Under the pieces are notes generated by a model that was not told the DNA's origin, searched no databases, and worked only from the letters and a program-made list of their open reading frames with translations. Both the position numbers and the translations under genes were made by a program. Positions 1 through 8,469 of a stretch of 64,000 bases of DNA are shown here, piece after piece. This DNA comes from Myxococcota bacterium (lineage in GTDB: Bacteria; Myxococcota_A; UBA9160; SZUA-336): contig JBHHYV010000006.1 in the NCBI GenBank assembly GCA_046757685.1, positions 283 through 64,282 on the forward strand. Reading direction: 5' to 3'. Position 1 is the stretch's first letter; each line of letters begins with the position of its first letter.

Positions 1-472
1 GCCCGTCGGCGGCCGCGGGGATCAAGCGCTCGAAGGGGTTGGAGGTGAAGAGCATGAAGAGCAGGAAGCCGACCGAGACCAGTCCGAGCACGGCGACCAC
101 GCGCGCCGCCATCGGGTCGGGAAGGTGACGCCGGAAGGTCCCGACCGCAGCCGTCCAGCCGCAGAGCATGAGCGCCCAGAGCAGCAGCGACCCCTCGTGC
201 CCTCCCCACACGGCCGCGATCCGGTAGTGGAGGGGGAGGGCGGAGTTCGAGTGCTCCGCGACGTAGAGCACCGAGAAGTCGTTGACCACGAACGCGTAGG
301 TGAGGCAGCCGAAGGCGAGCGCCACGAAGGCGAGCTGGCCGAGGGAGGCGGGGCGCGCGAGTCCCATCCAGACCGCATCGCCGCGCGCGGCCCCCACCAG
401 GGGCAGCGTGCTCTGCACTGCCGCCAGGCAGAGCGCCAGGATCAACGCCAGGTGGCCGACTTCGGGAATCAC
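1..472 (-). CDS. ccmF: cytochrome c-type biogenesis protein CcmF, N-terminal part (gene runs off the window start)
   Basis: Not in the ORF track because there is no stop in the window. Reverse translation from GTG (472-470) gives VIPEVGHLALILALCLAAVQS...FVVNDFSVLYVAEHSNSALPLHYRIAAVWGGHEGSLLLW, a typical CcmF N-terminus. A GGAGG lies just upstream, and the gene follows ccmE. Confidence 0.8.
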   Translation of the reverse strand, partial: MIPEVGHLALILALCLAAVQSTLPLVGAARGDAVWMGLARPASLGQLAFVALAFGCLTYAFVVNDFSVLYVAEHSNSALPLHYRIAAVWGGHEGSLLLWALMLCGWTAAVGTFRRHLPDPMAARVVAVLGLVSVGFLLFMLFTSNPFERLIPAAADG

Positions 473-485
473 GGCGAGCCTCCGG

Positions 486-953
486 CTAGTTCGTGACGAG
501 GGACGACTGCGGCCAGCCCGAGGGGGGGGCCTGGTGACGATCGCCGAGGGCCGCGGCGACCTCGGGGGGCATGTAGGTCTCGTCGTGCTTGGCCAGCACC
601 TGGGTGGCCCGGAACACGCCGTCCTTGCGCAGCCGGCCCTGGACCACGGCGCCCTGTCCCTCGGTGAAGAGGTCCGGCAGGATCCCCGTGTACGACACCT
701 CGACCCGCTCCTTCAGGTCGGTCACCACGAAGTGCACGGTGAGCCCGTCGGACTCTCGCTTCAGGCTGCCCGGCTCGACCAGCCCGCCCACGCGGTAGGC
801 GCGGCCCTGCGGCGCCTTGCCCTGGGCGATGTCGGAGGGCGTGATGAAGAAGACCAGGTTGCTCTGGAAGGCATTGAGCACAAGGGCCGTCGTGAGCGCG
901 AGGGCGACCAGGCCCACTCCGACGAACGCGAGCCTCCTTCGGCGAGGCGTCAT
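486..953 (-). CDS. ccmE: cytochrome c maturation haem chaperone CcmE
   Basis: Has an N-terminal membrane anchor (LAFVGVGLVALALTTALVL) and the haem-binding LAKHDETYMPPEV motif. Start taken at the internal ATG (MTPRRRR), which overlaps the ccmD stop as ATGA. The longer track ORF 486..1127 overlaps ccmD. Confidence 0.9.
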   Translation of the reverse strand: MTPRRRRLAFVGVGLVALALTTALVLNAFQSNLVFFITPSDIAQGKAPQGRAYRVGGLVEPGSLKRESDGLTVHFVVTDLKERVEVSYTGILPDLFTEGQGAVVQGRLRKDGVFRATQVLAKHDETYMPPEVAAALGDRHQAPPSGWPQSSLVTN

Positions 954-1120
954 CGGGAGTCCACCTTTCGCTCGTGCGCGTGTTGGGCGCGACGCAGATC
1001 CGCCCGGCGTCGCGACCGGAGCTGCAGCAGCTCGACGGTCAATGCCAGGGCCACGACGCCATAGGCGCCCCACACGTAGAACGCATAGCCCCCCATCGAG
1101 AGGAAGTGGGCCAGGCTCAC
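950..1120 (-). CDS. ccmD: haem exporter protein CcmD
   Basis: This is the tail of track ORF 950..2053. The sequence MGGYAFYVWGAYGVVALALTVELL matches the CcmD signature MGGYAFFVW. GTG at 1120 overlaps the ccmC stop as GTGA. ATG at 1096 is an alternative start. Confidence 0.7.
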   Translation of the reverse strand: MSLAHFLSMGGYAFYVWGAYGVVALALTVELLQLRSRRRADLRRAQHAHERKVDSR

Positions 1121-1890
1121 GAGGCATCTCCCAGGAGATCGCGCACCCACTCGGTGTGGCGCTCGCGTTCGAGGATCACGCAGCGGACGCGCAGAAGCAC
1201 GGTGACGAAGCTGTGAAGCCAGAAGGCCAGCGTCATGATCAGCATCGCGGTGAGCATGACCTGGGCCATGCGCTGCGGCCCGCTCACGCTGATCGAAGCC
1301 CCCTGGTGCAGGGTGTTCCACCAGCGCACCGAGAAGAAGATGATCGGCACGTTGACGACCCCGACCAGGGCCAAGAGCCCCGTCGCGCGATCGGCGCGCC
1401 GCGGGTCGTCGATCGCCGCGCGCAGCGCCATCACCCCCAGGTAGAGGAAGAGCAGCACCAGCTCCGAGGTCATGCGCGCGTCCCAGGCCCACCAGGTGCC
1501 CCAGACCGGCCGCCCCCAGAGCGATCCCGTCCAGAGTGCCAGGAAGGTGAAGAGCGCCCCGGTCGGGGCGAGGGCAGTGGCCATCATCGAGGAGAGCCGC
1601 GTGCGGAAGACCAGCCCCAGGCCCGCGTAGAAGGCCATGCACAGGTAGAGCCAGAGAGACATCCAGGCGGCAGGCACGTGCACGAAGATGATCCGGTACG
1701 CATCGCCCTGGCGGAAGTCGGGGGGCGCGATGTAGAGACCCAGGACGAGGCCGACGACCGCGAGCAGCGTGGCCGGGATCGCGAACCAGGGAATCAGCCT
1801 TCCCGCCAAGGGGTAGAAGTATGCGGGCGCGGCGTATCGCGACCAGCGTGTCGGCGCGGGCGGGGACATCGTGGCTCGTCTTCCTCTCAT
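1117..1890 (-). CDS. ccmC: haem exporter protein CcmC
   Basis: Polytopic membrane protein with the Trp-rich WGRPVWGTWWAWDARM motif (WGxxWxWD) and conserved His residues. ATG at 1869 is an alternative start. Confidence 0.9.
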   Translation of the reverse strand: MRGRRATMSPPAPTRWSRYAAPAYFYPLAGRLIPWFAIPATLLAVVGLVLGLYIAPPDFRQGDAYRIIFVHVPAAWMSLWLYLCMAFYAGLGLVFRTRLSSMMATALAPTGALFTFLALWTGSLWGRPVWGTWWAWDARMTSELVLLFLYLGVMALRAAIDDPRRADRATGLLALVGVVNVPIIFFSVRWWNTLHQGASISVSGPQRMAQVMLTAMLIMTLAFWLHSFVTVLLRVRCVILERERHTEWVRDLLGDAS

Positions 1891-1913
1891 CGGCTGTGGT
1901 CGGCCCGTCAGTC

Positions 1914-2609
1914 TCAGTCGAGCGAGATCCGGAGTGCCGCCGCCGTGGCCACCGGAGTGAACGAGAGCGCCGCGACCCAGAAGGCCGCGAGCAGCGACAG
2001 CTGCCCCTGCGCTCCCAGACCGGAGATCTCGGCCTGCACGGCCCCGGCGCCAAAGATCAGGACCGGGACGTACAACGGTAGCACCAGGATCGAGACCAGC
2101 ACTCCGCCTCCCCGAAGCCCCAGGGTCAGGGCGGCCGCGATCGCCCCGACCGCGCTCAGCACCGGTGTGCCCAGCAGCAGCGACAGGGCCAGCACGCCGA
2201 GGCTCTCGGGGGGCAGCCCGTACTGGAGGGCCAGCAGCGGGGCGATCGCCACCAGCGGGGCGCCGGTCGCGATCCAGTGGGCGACGACCTTTGCCAGGAC
2301 CAGGAGCGCGAGCGACTGGGGAGCGACGAGCATCTGCTCGAGGGTGCCGTCCGCGTGGTCGCTCGCAAAGAGCCGCCCCAGCGCGAGCATCTGGGCGAGC
2401 AGGGCCGCGACCCAGAGCACTCCGGGGCCGAGCACGCGCAGGGTCTCCATCTCGGGACCGACCCCGAGGGGAAAGAGGCTGGCGACGATCACGAAGAAGA
2501 AGAGCGACGAGAGCACGTCGGAGCGGCGGCGCAGGGCCAGGGTCAGGTCGCGCCGGACCAGGCTGCCGGTGGCGCCGAGCGTCGCTCCGAGGAGGGTGCC
2601 CGCGCTCAT
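1914..2609 (-). CDS. ccmB: haem exporter permease CcmB
   Basis: 231-aa hydrophobic protein between ccmA and ccmC. Its start overlaps the ccmA stop (ATGA). Confidence 0.85.
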   Translation of the reverse strand: MSAGTLLGATLGATGSLVRRDLTLALRRRSDVLSSLFFFVIVASLFPLGVGPEMETLRVLGPGVLWVAALLAQMLALGRLFASDHADGTLEQMLVAPQSLALLVLAKVVAHWIATGAPLVAIAPLLALQYGLPPESLGVLALSLLLGTPVLSAVGAIAAALTLGLRGGGVLVSILVLPLYVPVLIFGAGAVQAEISGLGAQGQLSLLAAFWVAALSFTPVATAAALRISLD

Positions 2610-3301
2610 GGGCCGAGGTCGAGGACCTTCGCGAGGCCCGCCTGGAGTGTCACCGAGCGATGGCTGGCGAGCAGCACCCGGCCTCCCCGGGACAGGTGCT
2701 CGGCGACCGTCGCGCGCACCGTCTCGAGGGCATCGGAGTCCAGCGCGTTGAAGGGCTCATCGAGGATCCAGAGCGGGGCCGGCGAGACCAGCAGCCGGCA
2801 GAGCGCGGCGCGGCGCCGCTGGCCCTGGGACAGGAGCTTGGTCGGAAGCTCCTCGCAGGCCGCCAGGCCGAGGCGCTCGAGCGCGAGCGACAGCTCCTTG
2901 GCCGTGACGGTCGCGCGGGCCAGGCTTGCGGCGAAGCGCAGGTTCTCCCGGCAGGTGAGCTCCGCCTGGAGCGCGTCGAAGTGGCCGATGTAGCACAGCT
3001 GCGCCCGGAACTCCTCGCCGAGCGCCCCGATCCGCGATCCGCGCCAGCGAACCTCTCCCCGCGTGGGCCGGACGAGGCCGCAGACCGTGCGCAGGAGGGT
3101 CGTCTTGCCGCAGCCGTTGGGGCCGCGCACGTGGATCCACTCGCCCTCTCCCAGCTGGAAGTCGATCCCCGAGAAGAGCCGTCGCTCGCCGCGGTCGCAG
3201 GTCAGTCCATCGGCCTCGAGCACGGGCGTGAGGGTGTGCTTCTCGGGCCCGATCCGCACGCGCCGGGCCGGCTGGCTGCGGCCGCCGCGGGCTCTCTCCA
3301 C
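2606..3301 (-). CDS. ccmA: cytochrome c biogenesis ABC ATPase CcmA
   Basis: Walker A GPNGCGKTTLLR, ABC signature LSQGQRRR and Walker B LWILDEP. The start could instead be GTG at 3223. Confidence 0.85.
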   Translation of the reverse strand: MERARGGRSQPARRVRIGPEKHTLTPVLEADGLTCDRGERRLFSGIDFQLGEGEWIHVRGPNGCGKTTLLRTVCGLVRPTRGEVRWRGSRIGALGEEFRAQLCYIGHFDALQAELTCRENLRFAASLARATVTAKELSLALERLGLAACEELPTKLLSQGQRRRAALCRLLVSPAPLWILDEPFNALDSDALETVRATVAEHLSRGGRVLLASHRSVTLQAGLAKVLDLGP

Positions 3302-3393
3302 CCGCTGCGGCGACGCGCGGGCGGACCGCCCCCTTGCCTTGTCCGCATCGGTGACGAGAGTAGGGGTGATCCAGGAGAAAGGAGGTAGCCATC

Positions 3394-3894
3394 ATGATGA
3401 GACGTTCCCTCATTCCGTGGCACCGCCGCTCGAAGCCGGTGCCGATCCATCGCGAGATGAGCCCGTTCCTCTCGCTGCGCCGCGAGCTGGACGACGTCTT
3501 CGGAGAGTTCCTGCGCGACTTCGATCTCGCGCCCTCCCTGTGGGGCTTCGGAGCGCAGGCCTTCGAGCCCTCGCTCGACGTCCACGAGACGGAGGACGAG
3601 ATCCAGGTGAGCGTCGAGCTCCCCGGCGTCGAGGAGAAGGACATCGAGGTCAGCGTCTCCGAGGAGGCGCTCACGATCCGCGGCCAGAAGAGCCAGGAGC
3701 GAGAGCACTCCGAGAGGGGGGCGCAGTGGCAGGAGCGATCCTACGGGTCGTTCGAGCGCACGCTCCCGCTGCCGCCGGGAGTGGAGGTCGGCAAGGCCGA
3801 GGCCCGCTTCCAGCGCGGCGTGCTGACCGTGACGCTGCCCAAGAGCCAGGAGGCCCAGCGGGCGGTGCGGCGGCTCGAAGTGAAGGGCGAGTAG
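3394..3894 (+). CDS. Hsp20/alpha-crystallin family small heat-shock protein
   Basis: Alpha-crystallin domain: PSLDVHETEDEIQVSVELPGVEEKDIEVSV...ERSYGSFERTLPLP...RGVLTVTLPK. A strong AGGAGAAAGGAGG ribosome-binding site lies upstream. Confidence 0.9.
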   Translation: MMRRSLIPWHRRSKPVPIHREMSPFLSLRRELDDVFGEFLRDFDLAPSLWGFGAQAFEPSLDVHETEDEIQVSVELPGVEEKDIEVSVSEEALTIRGQKSQEREHSERGAQWQERSYGSFERTLPLPPGVEVGKAEARFQRGVLTVTLPKSQEAQRAVRRLEVKGE

Positions 3895-4000
3895 GCGCGT
3901 CGGCTCCCGGCCCCGCTCGCGGCCGCCCGTCGCGGGAGGGGCGGGCGGGCCGGGAAGGCGCCTCGGTTCGTCTCCGTCGTCCGATCCAAAGGAGTGCACG

Positions 4001-4444
4001 ATGCAGATTCGCACGATTCTCGTCCCCGTCGACTTCTCGAACCACTCGGACCGGGCGCTCCGGTACGCGCTCGAGATCGCCCAGCACTTCGGTGCGAGGC
4101 TGCATCTCTTTCACGCGTACAGCCTGCCGGCCGGACCGGCGACGGCCTACGACTACATGATTCCAGCCGACCTCTCCGCAGGGCTGCGGGAGGCGGCGAT
4201 CCAGCGCCTGGACGAGCTCGCGAAGACCCTCGAGCAGAAGGGCGTCGAGGTGACGACCGAGGTCTCCCAGGGTGTCGCGAGCCAGGCGATCTGCGACGCG
4301 GTCGAGCGGGAGAAGCCCGACCTGCTGGTGATGGGGACCCGGGGCCTCTCGGGTCTCAAGCACGTGCTGCTGGGTAGCGTCACCGAGCGGACGCTGCGCA
4401 GGGTGCGCTGTCCGGTGCTGACGCTGCACGCGGACTCCGCCTGA
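4001..4444 (+). CDS. universal stress protein (UspA family)
   Basis: ILVPVDFSNHSDRALRYA...DLLVMGTRGLSGLKHVLLGSVTERTLRRVRCPVLTL, a typical Usp ATP-binding fold. Confidence 0.9.
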   Translation: MQIRTILVPVDFSNHSDRALRYALEIAQHFGARLHLFHAYSLPAGPATAYDYMIPADLSAGLREAAIQRLDELAKTLEQKGVEVTTEVSQGVASQAICDAVEREKPDLLVMGTRGLSGLKHVLLGSVTERTLRRVRCPVLTLHADSA

Positions 4445-4612
4445 TCGAGCAGGAGATCCGCCGGTACCGGGCGCCTTGTCGGGGCAGCGTGTCCCAGAGA
4501 GGACCGAGTCGTGCAACCCCGACCCAGCCTGGATCCGGCGAAAATTCCCTCGCGCTTTCCAAAGCTCACCTAGTTCGGATGCTTCCCGCTCTCGTTGCTG
4601 GATATCAAGTGC

Positions 4613-4628
4613 TGGTACAGTGTTTGCA
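4613..4628 (+). promoter_or_regulatory. candidate sigma-54 (-24/-12) promoter
   Basis: TGGTACagtgtTTGCA has GG (4614-4615) and GC (4626-4627) at the canonical 12-nt offset of TGGCACG-N4-TTGCW. It sits in a locally AT-richer patch 108 nt upstream of the ATG at 4737. Confidence 0.55.
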
Positions 4629-4736
4629 TCTTCGATTGGCGAGCTGGGCGGTCCGGGTGGAGCCCTGATTCCCACGCCCCTCCCCGCGGCCCGGGCCGCC
4701 CTGGCGTTCTGGTAGGATGAACTCGAGAGGAGAGCT

Positions 4737-5366
4737 GTGATGCCTTGGAATCGCTGCAAGTACGCCATCGGGGTCTTCGCGATCGTGCTGACATTTGGGT
4801 ACGGCTCGCAGAGCCTCGCGGCCATTACGGGGACGGATCACGACTTCTCCACGCAGGGATTCAGCGGCGGAGAGATCTGTGTGGTATGCCACACGCCGCA
4901 CTTCTCGGATACCACCGTGGTCGATGCGCCCCTGTGGAACCACGAGCTCACGACGCAGAGCTTCACGCCCTACTCGAGCGCGACCCTTGACGCGGCGGTC
5001 GGACAGCCTCAGGGCATCTCGAAGCTCTGCTTGAGCTGCCACGACGGCTCCGTCGCAGTCGATGCGTTCGGCGGGAAGCCCGGCGGCAGCTTCTTCGTGC
5101 CGCCTCAGGACCAGGTCGGGACCGACCTGAGCAATGACCACCCGATCTCGTTCGTCTTCGACGCCAGCCTCGCCTCCACGGATGGCTCGCTCTTCGATCC
5201 CACGACGAAGAGCTCGGGCCTGGGCGGGACGATCGACCAGGACATGCTCTTCTCCGGCAATCTCGAGTGCGCTTCGTGTCACGACGTGCACGACTCGGGG
5301 TTCCCCGAGTTCCTGGTGAAGTCCAACGCGGGTAGCGGGCTCTGCCTGACCTGCCACGACAAGTAG
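4737..5366 (+). CDS. secreted tetrahaem c-type cytochrome (paired-CXXCH type)
   Basis: Signal peptide plus four CXXCH motifs (CVVCH, CLSCH, CASCH, CLTCH). HDFS...CVVCHTPH is typical of doubled-CXXCH domains. Paralogous to the N-terminus of ORF 11566..13269. Confidence 0.85.
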   Translation: MMPWNRCKYAIGVFAIVLTFGYGSQSLAAITGTDHDFSTQGFSGGEICVVCHTPHFSDTTVVDAPLWNHELTTQSFTPYSSATLDAAVGQPQGISKLCLSCHDGSVAVDAFGGKPGGSFFVPPQDQVGTDLSNDHPISFVFDASLASTDGSLFDPTTKSSGLGGTIDQDMLFSGNLECASCHDVHDSGFPEFLVKSNAGSGLCLTCHDK

Positions 5367-5384
5367 TGACAACCGGTTCGCCGA

Positions 5385-5420
5385 CCCCGGGGAGCGCCGC
5401 CAGCGGCCCGCTCCCTGGGG
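5385..5420 (+). promoter_or_regulatory. intercistronic GC-rich stem-loop
   Basis: CCCCGGGGAGCG (5385-5396) pairs with CGCTCCCTGGGG (5409-5420): a 12-bp stem with one G-U pair and a 12-nt loop. No U-tract follows. Confidence 0.45.
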
Positions 5421-5461
5421 GCTCGCTGGCGACGGCATAGCATCGGCCGGGGACTGGAGCC

Positions 5462-6628
5462 GTGGAGCGCAGGAGTAGGAGGGTCCATCCTCATCCGGCC
5501 GCCGGAGCCGTGCGCTTCGGGCTCCTGCTCTTCGTCTCCGGATGCCTCTTCGCGAGAGCCCCCGCGCCCCCCCCCGAGGACGTCTTCTACCCCGCACCTC
5601 CTCAGGAGCCCAGGATCCAGTACCTGGCGACCTTCGAGTCGACGCGTGATGTCGTAGGCCCGCCGAGCTGGTTCCGGCGCTTCGTGGTCGGGGACGAGCC
5701 GGCCTCCGGGCTCGGAAAGCCCTACGGAGTGGCGATCCACGGCGGCGAGATCTTCGTCTGCGACACCCGCTCGAACGTGGTCGTGATCATGAATCTCGTG
5801 GATCGAAGTGTCGAGCTTCTCGGAGCGCGCGCGAACGGGCGTCTCCACAAGCCGATCAACGTGGCCGTCGACGACGACGGCACCCGCTACGTGGCCGATA
5901 CCGGCTTGCGGCGAATCCTGGTCTACGACTCGACGAATGCGTTCCAGCGCGCCTACGGCGACCCCGAGCGCTGGTCTCCCTCCGATCTCGCGATCTCGGG
6001 AGAGCGTCTCTACGTCGCGGACGTGCGAAACGGACGGGTCGCGGTGCTGGACAAGGCCACGGGCCGCGAGCTTGGACGCATCGGTCGCAAGGGAAGCGGG
6101 CGCGGCGAGTTGGTGTTCCCGACGAACGTCGCGGTCGATCGGAACGAGCACGTCTTCGTCGCCGACACGGGCAACTCCCGGGTCGTCGAATTCGCCCCCG
6201 ACGGGGAGTTCGTGCGCCAGATCGGCTCGCTCGGAAGGAAGCTCGGCCAGTTCGTGCGTCCCAAGGGAATCGCCGTGGATCGGGAGGGGAGAGTCTACGT
6301 CGTGGACTCCGCCTTCGAGAACGTCCAGATCTTCGACTCCGAGGGAAGGCTCCTGCTCTTCTTCGGGGGCCGCGGCAATGCACCCGGGGGGCTGAATCTG
6401 CCTGCGACCGTCGCTGTCGACTACGACAACGTCGGACTCTTCGCCGATCGGGTCGCCGCGGGTAGAGAGATCGAACATCTGATCCTGGTGAGTAGCCAGT
6501 TCGGCAGGAACAAGGTGAACGTCTACGGGTTTCTCGCTCCGGCTCGTCCCGGGGGCGCTACCCAGACGGGGCGCACCCAGGACGGGCCTCGGAGTCGTGC
6601 CCATGCTGGGCAGGGCGCTCGGCGATGA
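5462..6628 (+). CDS. NHL-repeat beta-propeller lipoprotein
   Basis: Lipobox LLLFVSGC. Repeated NHL-type blades, e.g. PYGVAIHGGEIFVCDTRSNVVVIMN, INVAVDDDGTRYVADTGLRRILVYD, FPTNVAVDRNEHVFVADTGNSRVVEF and PKGIAVDREGRVYVVDSAFENVQIFD. No CXXCH. Confidence 0.85.
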   Translation: MERRSRRVHPHPAAGAVRFGLLLFVSGCLFARAPAPPPEDVFYPAPPQEPRIQYLATFESTRDVVGPPSWFRRFVVGDEPASGLGKPYGVAIHGGEIFVCDTRSNVVVIMNLVDRSVELLGARANGRLHKPINVAVDDDGTRYVADTGLRRILVYDSTNAFQRAYGDPERWSPSDLAISGERLYVADVRNGRVAVLDKATGRELGRIGRKGSGRGELVFPTNVAVDRNEHVFVADTGNSRVVEFAPDGEFVRQIGSLGRKLGQFVRPKGIAVDREGRVYVVDSAFENVQIFDSEGRLLLFFGGRGNAPGGLNLPATVAVDYDNVGLFADRVAAGREIEHLILVSSQFGRNKVNVYGFLAPARPGGATQTGRTQDGPRSRAHAGQGARR

Positions 6629-6646
6629 ATCCGAGGGATCGAGAAG

Positions 6647-7891
6647 ATGCCTGCAGAGCCCGCCGGGTCGCGAGATCGGATCCCGCGAATCGCTCGGGCG
6701 GGGCGAGATCTGGCCGGGTGGGGTCTGCTCGTCCTGGCAGCGGGCGTCGCTGCGGATGCTGCAGAGGTGCCCTCGCGCGTCGGCCCTGACGCTGCATGCG
6801 TCACCTCCGGGTGTCACGCTCCGGTGGTGGGGTTCCGGTACCCACACTGGACCGAGGCAGGGACAGAGTGCCGAAAGTGCCACCTCCCGGTGAACGGGAA
6901 GCACGTCTTCGAGACCGCGGACGCCCCGGAGCTGTGCAACCAGTGCCACTCCCCCGTCAACGGGGACGCGGACGTCCACGATCCAGCAGAAGACGGATGC
7001 CTGGACTGCCACGATCCCCATGGATCGGACACACCGGCGCTGCTCACGGCTCCGAGCGAGTCCGAGCTCTGCTTCGAATGCCACGATGAGGAGTCCTTCG
7101 AGCCTGCCGTTCCCCATGACCCTGTCGAATCGGGGGAGTGCACCGCATGCCATGATCCCCACTCCTCTCCTCACGACAATCTGCTGGTCGCAGTGGGACG
7201 GGAGCTCTGTGGGGACTGCCATGACGAAGTCGTCGAGGTCGCGGAGACCTCGAAGACGGGTCACGCCGCTGCGCTCGAAGGACGGCAATGTCTCTCGTGC
7301 CACGCGCCCCACGGTTCGGAACAGGAGGCGCTCCTGGTCCGACCCCTGGTCGATCTCTGTCTAAGCTGTCACGACCGTCCGATTTCGGTGGGGGAGAGGA
7401 CGCTCATCGACGTCGACCAGTGGCTCGAAGAGCATGATGACTGGCACGATCCAATCCTGAAGAACGGCTGCAGCGCCTGTCACGAACCCCATGGCGGAGA
7501 GCAGCTTCAGCTGCTCCGGAAGTCGTTTCCACCGGGCCTCTATGCCCACTTCGCGACGCACAGCTATGCGCTGTGCTTCTCGTGTCACGATCCGAACCTG
7601 GCGCGCTCCAGGCGGACCCGGTCCGCGACCGGATTCCGCGACGGAGATCGAAACCTCCACCGCGTCCACGTCGACCGAGGGGACCGCGGCCGGACCTGCC
7701 GGGTATGCCACGATGCGCACGCGGCCGGGAATCCCAAGCTCGTTCGGGAGAGCGTTCCCTACGGGATGTGGAAGCTACCGATCGGGTACGAGGCTCTGCT
7801 GACGGGCGGCTCCTGTCATCCAGGCTGCCATTCGGCGAAGACCTACGACCGCGATCGGAGCCTCCCCGGCAGAAGCAGGGCGTCGCCATGA
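6647..7891 (+). CDS. secreted multihaem c-type cytochrome (11 CXXCH + CX4CH + CX3CH)
   Basis: Signal peptide ending ADA-AE. Eleven CXXCH motifs, mostly CxxCHDPH-type, plus CVTSGCH near the N-terminus and SCHPGCH near the C-terminus. Confidence 0.85.
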   Translation: MPAEPAGSRDRIPRIARAGRDLAGWGLLVLAAGVAADAAEVPSRVGPDAACVTSGCHAPVVGFRYPHWTEAGTECRKCHLPVNGKHVFETADAPELCNQCHSPVNGDADVHDPAEDGCLDCHDPHGSDTPALLTAPSESELCFECHDEESFEPAVPHDPVESGECTACHDPHSSPHDNLLVAVGRELCGDCHDEVVEVAETSKTGHAAALEGRQCLSCHAPHGSEQEALLVRPLVDLCLSCHDRPISVGERTLIDVDQWLEEHDDWHDPILKNGCSACHEPHGGEQLQLLRKSFPPGLYAHFATHSYALCFSCHDPNLARSRRTRSATGFRDGDRNLHRVHVDRGDRGRTCRVCHDAHAAGNPKLVRESVPYGMWKLPIGYEALLTGGSCHPGCHSAKTYDRDRSLPGRSRASP

Positions 7892-8469
7892 GGCGGGCTG
7901 TAGCCCTGGCGCTGGTGCCCCTCCTCTCGATCGCGCTGGGAGCCGGATGCCTGTCTCCTCGGAGCCGTCATCGTCTGCTCACGACGTTCTTCGACGGAGT
8001 GCCTCCGCTCGAGCGAGAGCTGCCCGAGGGAGCTGCGCCCCCACCCCGCGTCGCTTCGGTCACGCCCAGCGGGAGCCCGCGTCCCGCGGCTCCCGTGCTG
8101 CTGCTTCACGATCCATACTCGGATCGCGCCTGCACCGAGTGTCACGATGCGGATCGCTCGAACCGCCTGATCGACAAGGTCCCAGAGCTGTGCTGGAGCT
8201 GCCACGACGCCGAAGACTACGAAGGGAGCGTCACCCACGGCCCGGTGGCCGCCGGGCGCTGCCTGGCCTGCCACGATCCACACCGGTCGCCCAACGAGTC
8301 GCTTCTGGTGCGTGCCCCCGCCTCGCTCTGCACGGGTTGTCACGACCGGCAGACCTTCCCGGAGCTCGAGCGCCACCGGCAGCGCGAGGGCGCCGACTGT
8401 CTCGGCTGCCACGATCCCCATGCCTCGGACCACGACTACATGCTCGACCGTCCCTCGGGGTCGTCATGA
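7888..8469 (+). CDS. pentahaem c-type cytochrome lipoprotein
   Basis: Start taken at the internal ATG (MRRAVALALVPLLSIALGAGC, lipobox-like), which overlaps the upstream stop (ATGA). Five CXXCH motifs (CTECH, CWSCH, CLACH, CTGCH, CLGCH) and an FFDGVPP motif. Confidence 0.8.
   Translation: MRRAVALALVPLLSIALGAGCLSPRSRHRLLTTFFDGVPPLERELPEGAAPPPRVASVTPSGSPRPAAPVLLLHDPYSDRACTECHDADRSNRLIDKVPELCWSCHDAEDYEGSVTHGPVAAGRCLACHDPHRSPNESLLVRAPASLCTGCHDRQTFPELERHRQREGADCLGCHDPHASDHDYMLDRPSGSS

Noticed and set aside
817-2751. Very long ORFs on the opposite strand or in an alternative frame of recognisable genes. Examples are 817..2751 (+, 644 aa), 5279..7312 (-, 677 aa), 8436..10691 (-, 751 aa), 15407..17110 (-, 567 aa), 29504..31423 (-, 639 aa) and 55521..58646 (+, 1041 aa).
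   Set aside because: Their translations are Arg/Pro/Gly/Ala-rich and low in complexity, with no motifs. Each fully overlaps a gene with clear family signatures. These are typical stop-codon-poor shadow frames in ~70% GC DNA.
3302-3393. A heat-shock (sigma-32) or sigma-70 promoter upstream of hsp20.
   Set aside because: A CTTGCC...TAGGGGTGAT arrangement is present, but it matches neither the CTTGAAA-N13-15-CCCCATNT nor the TTGACA-N17-TATAAT consensus convincingly.
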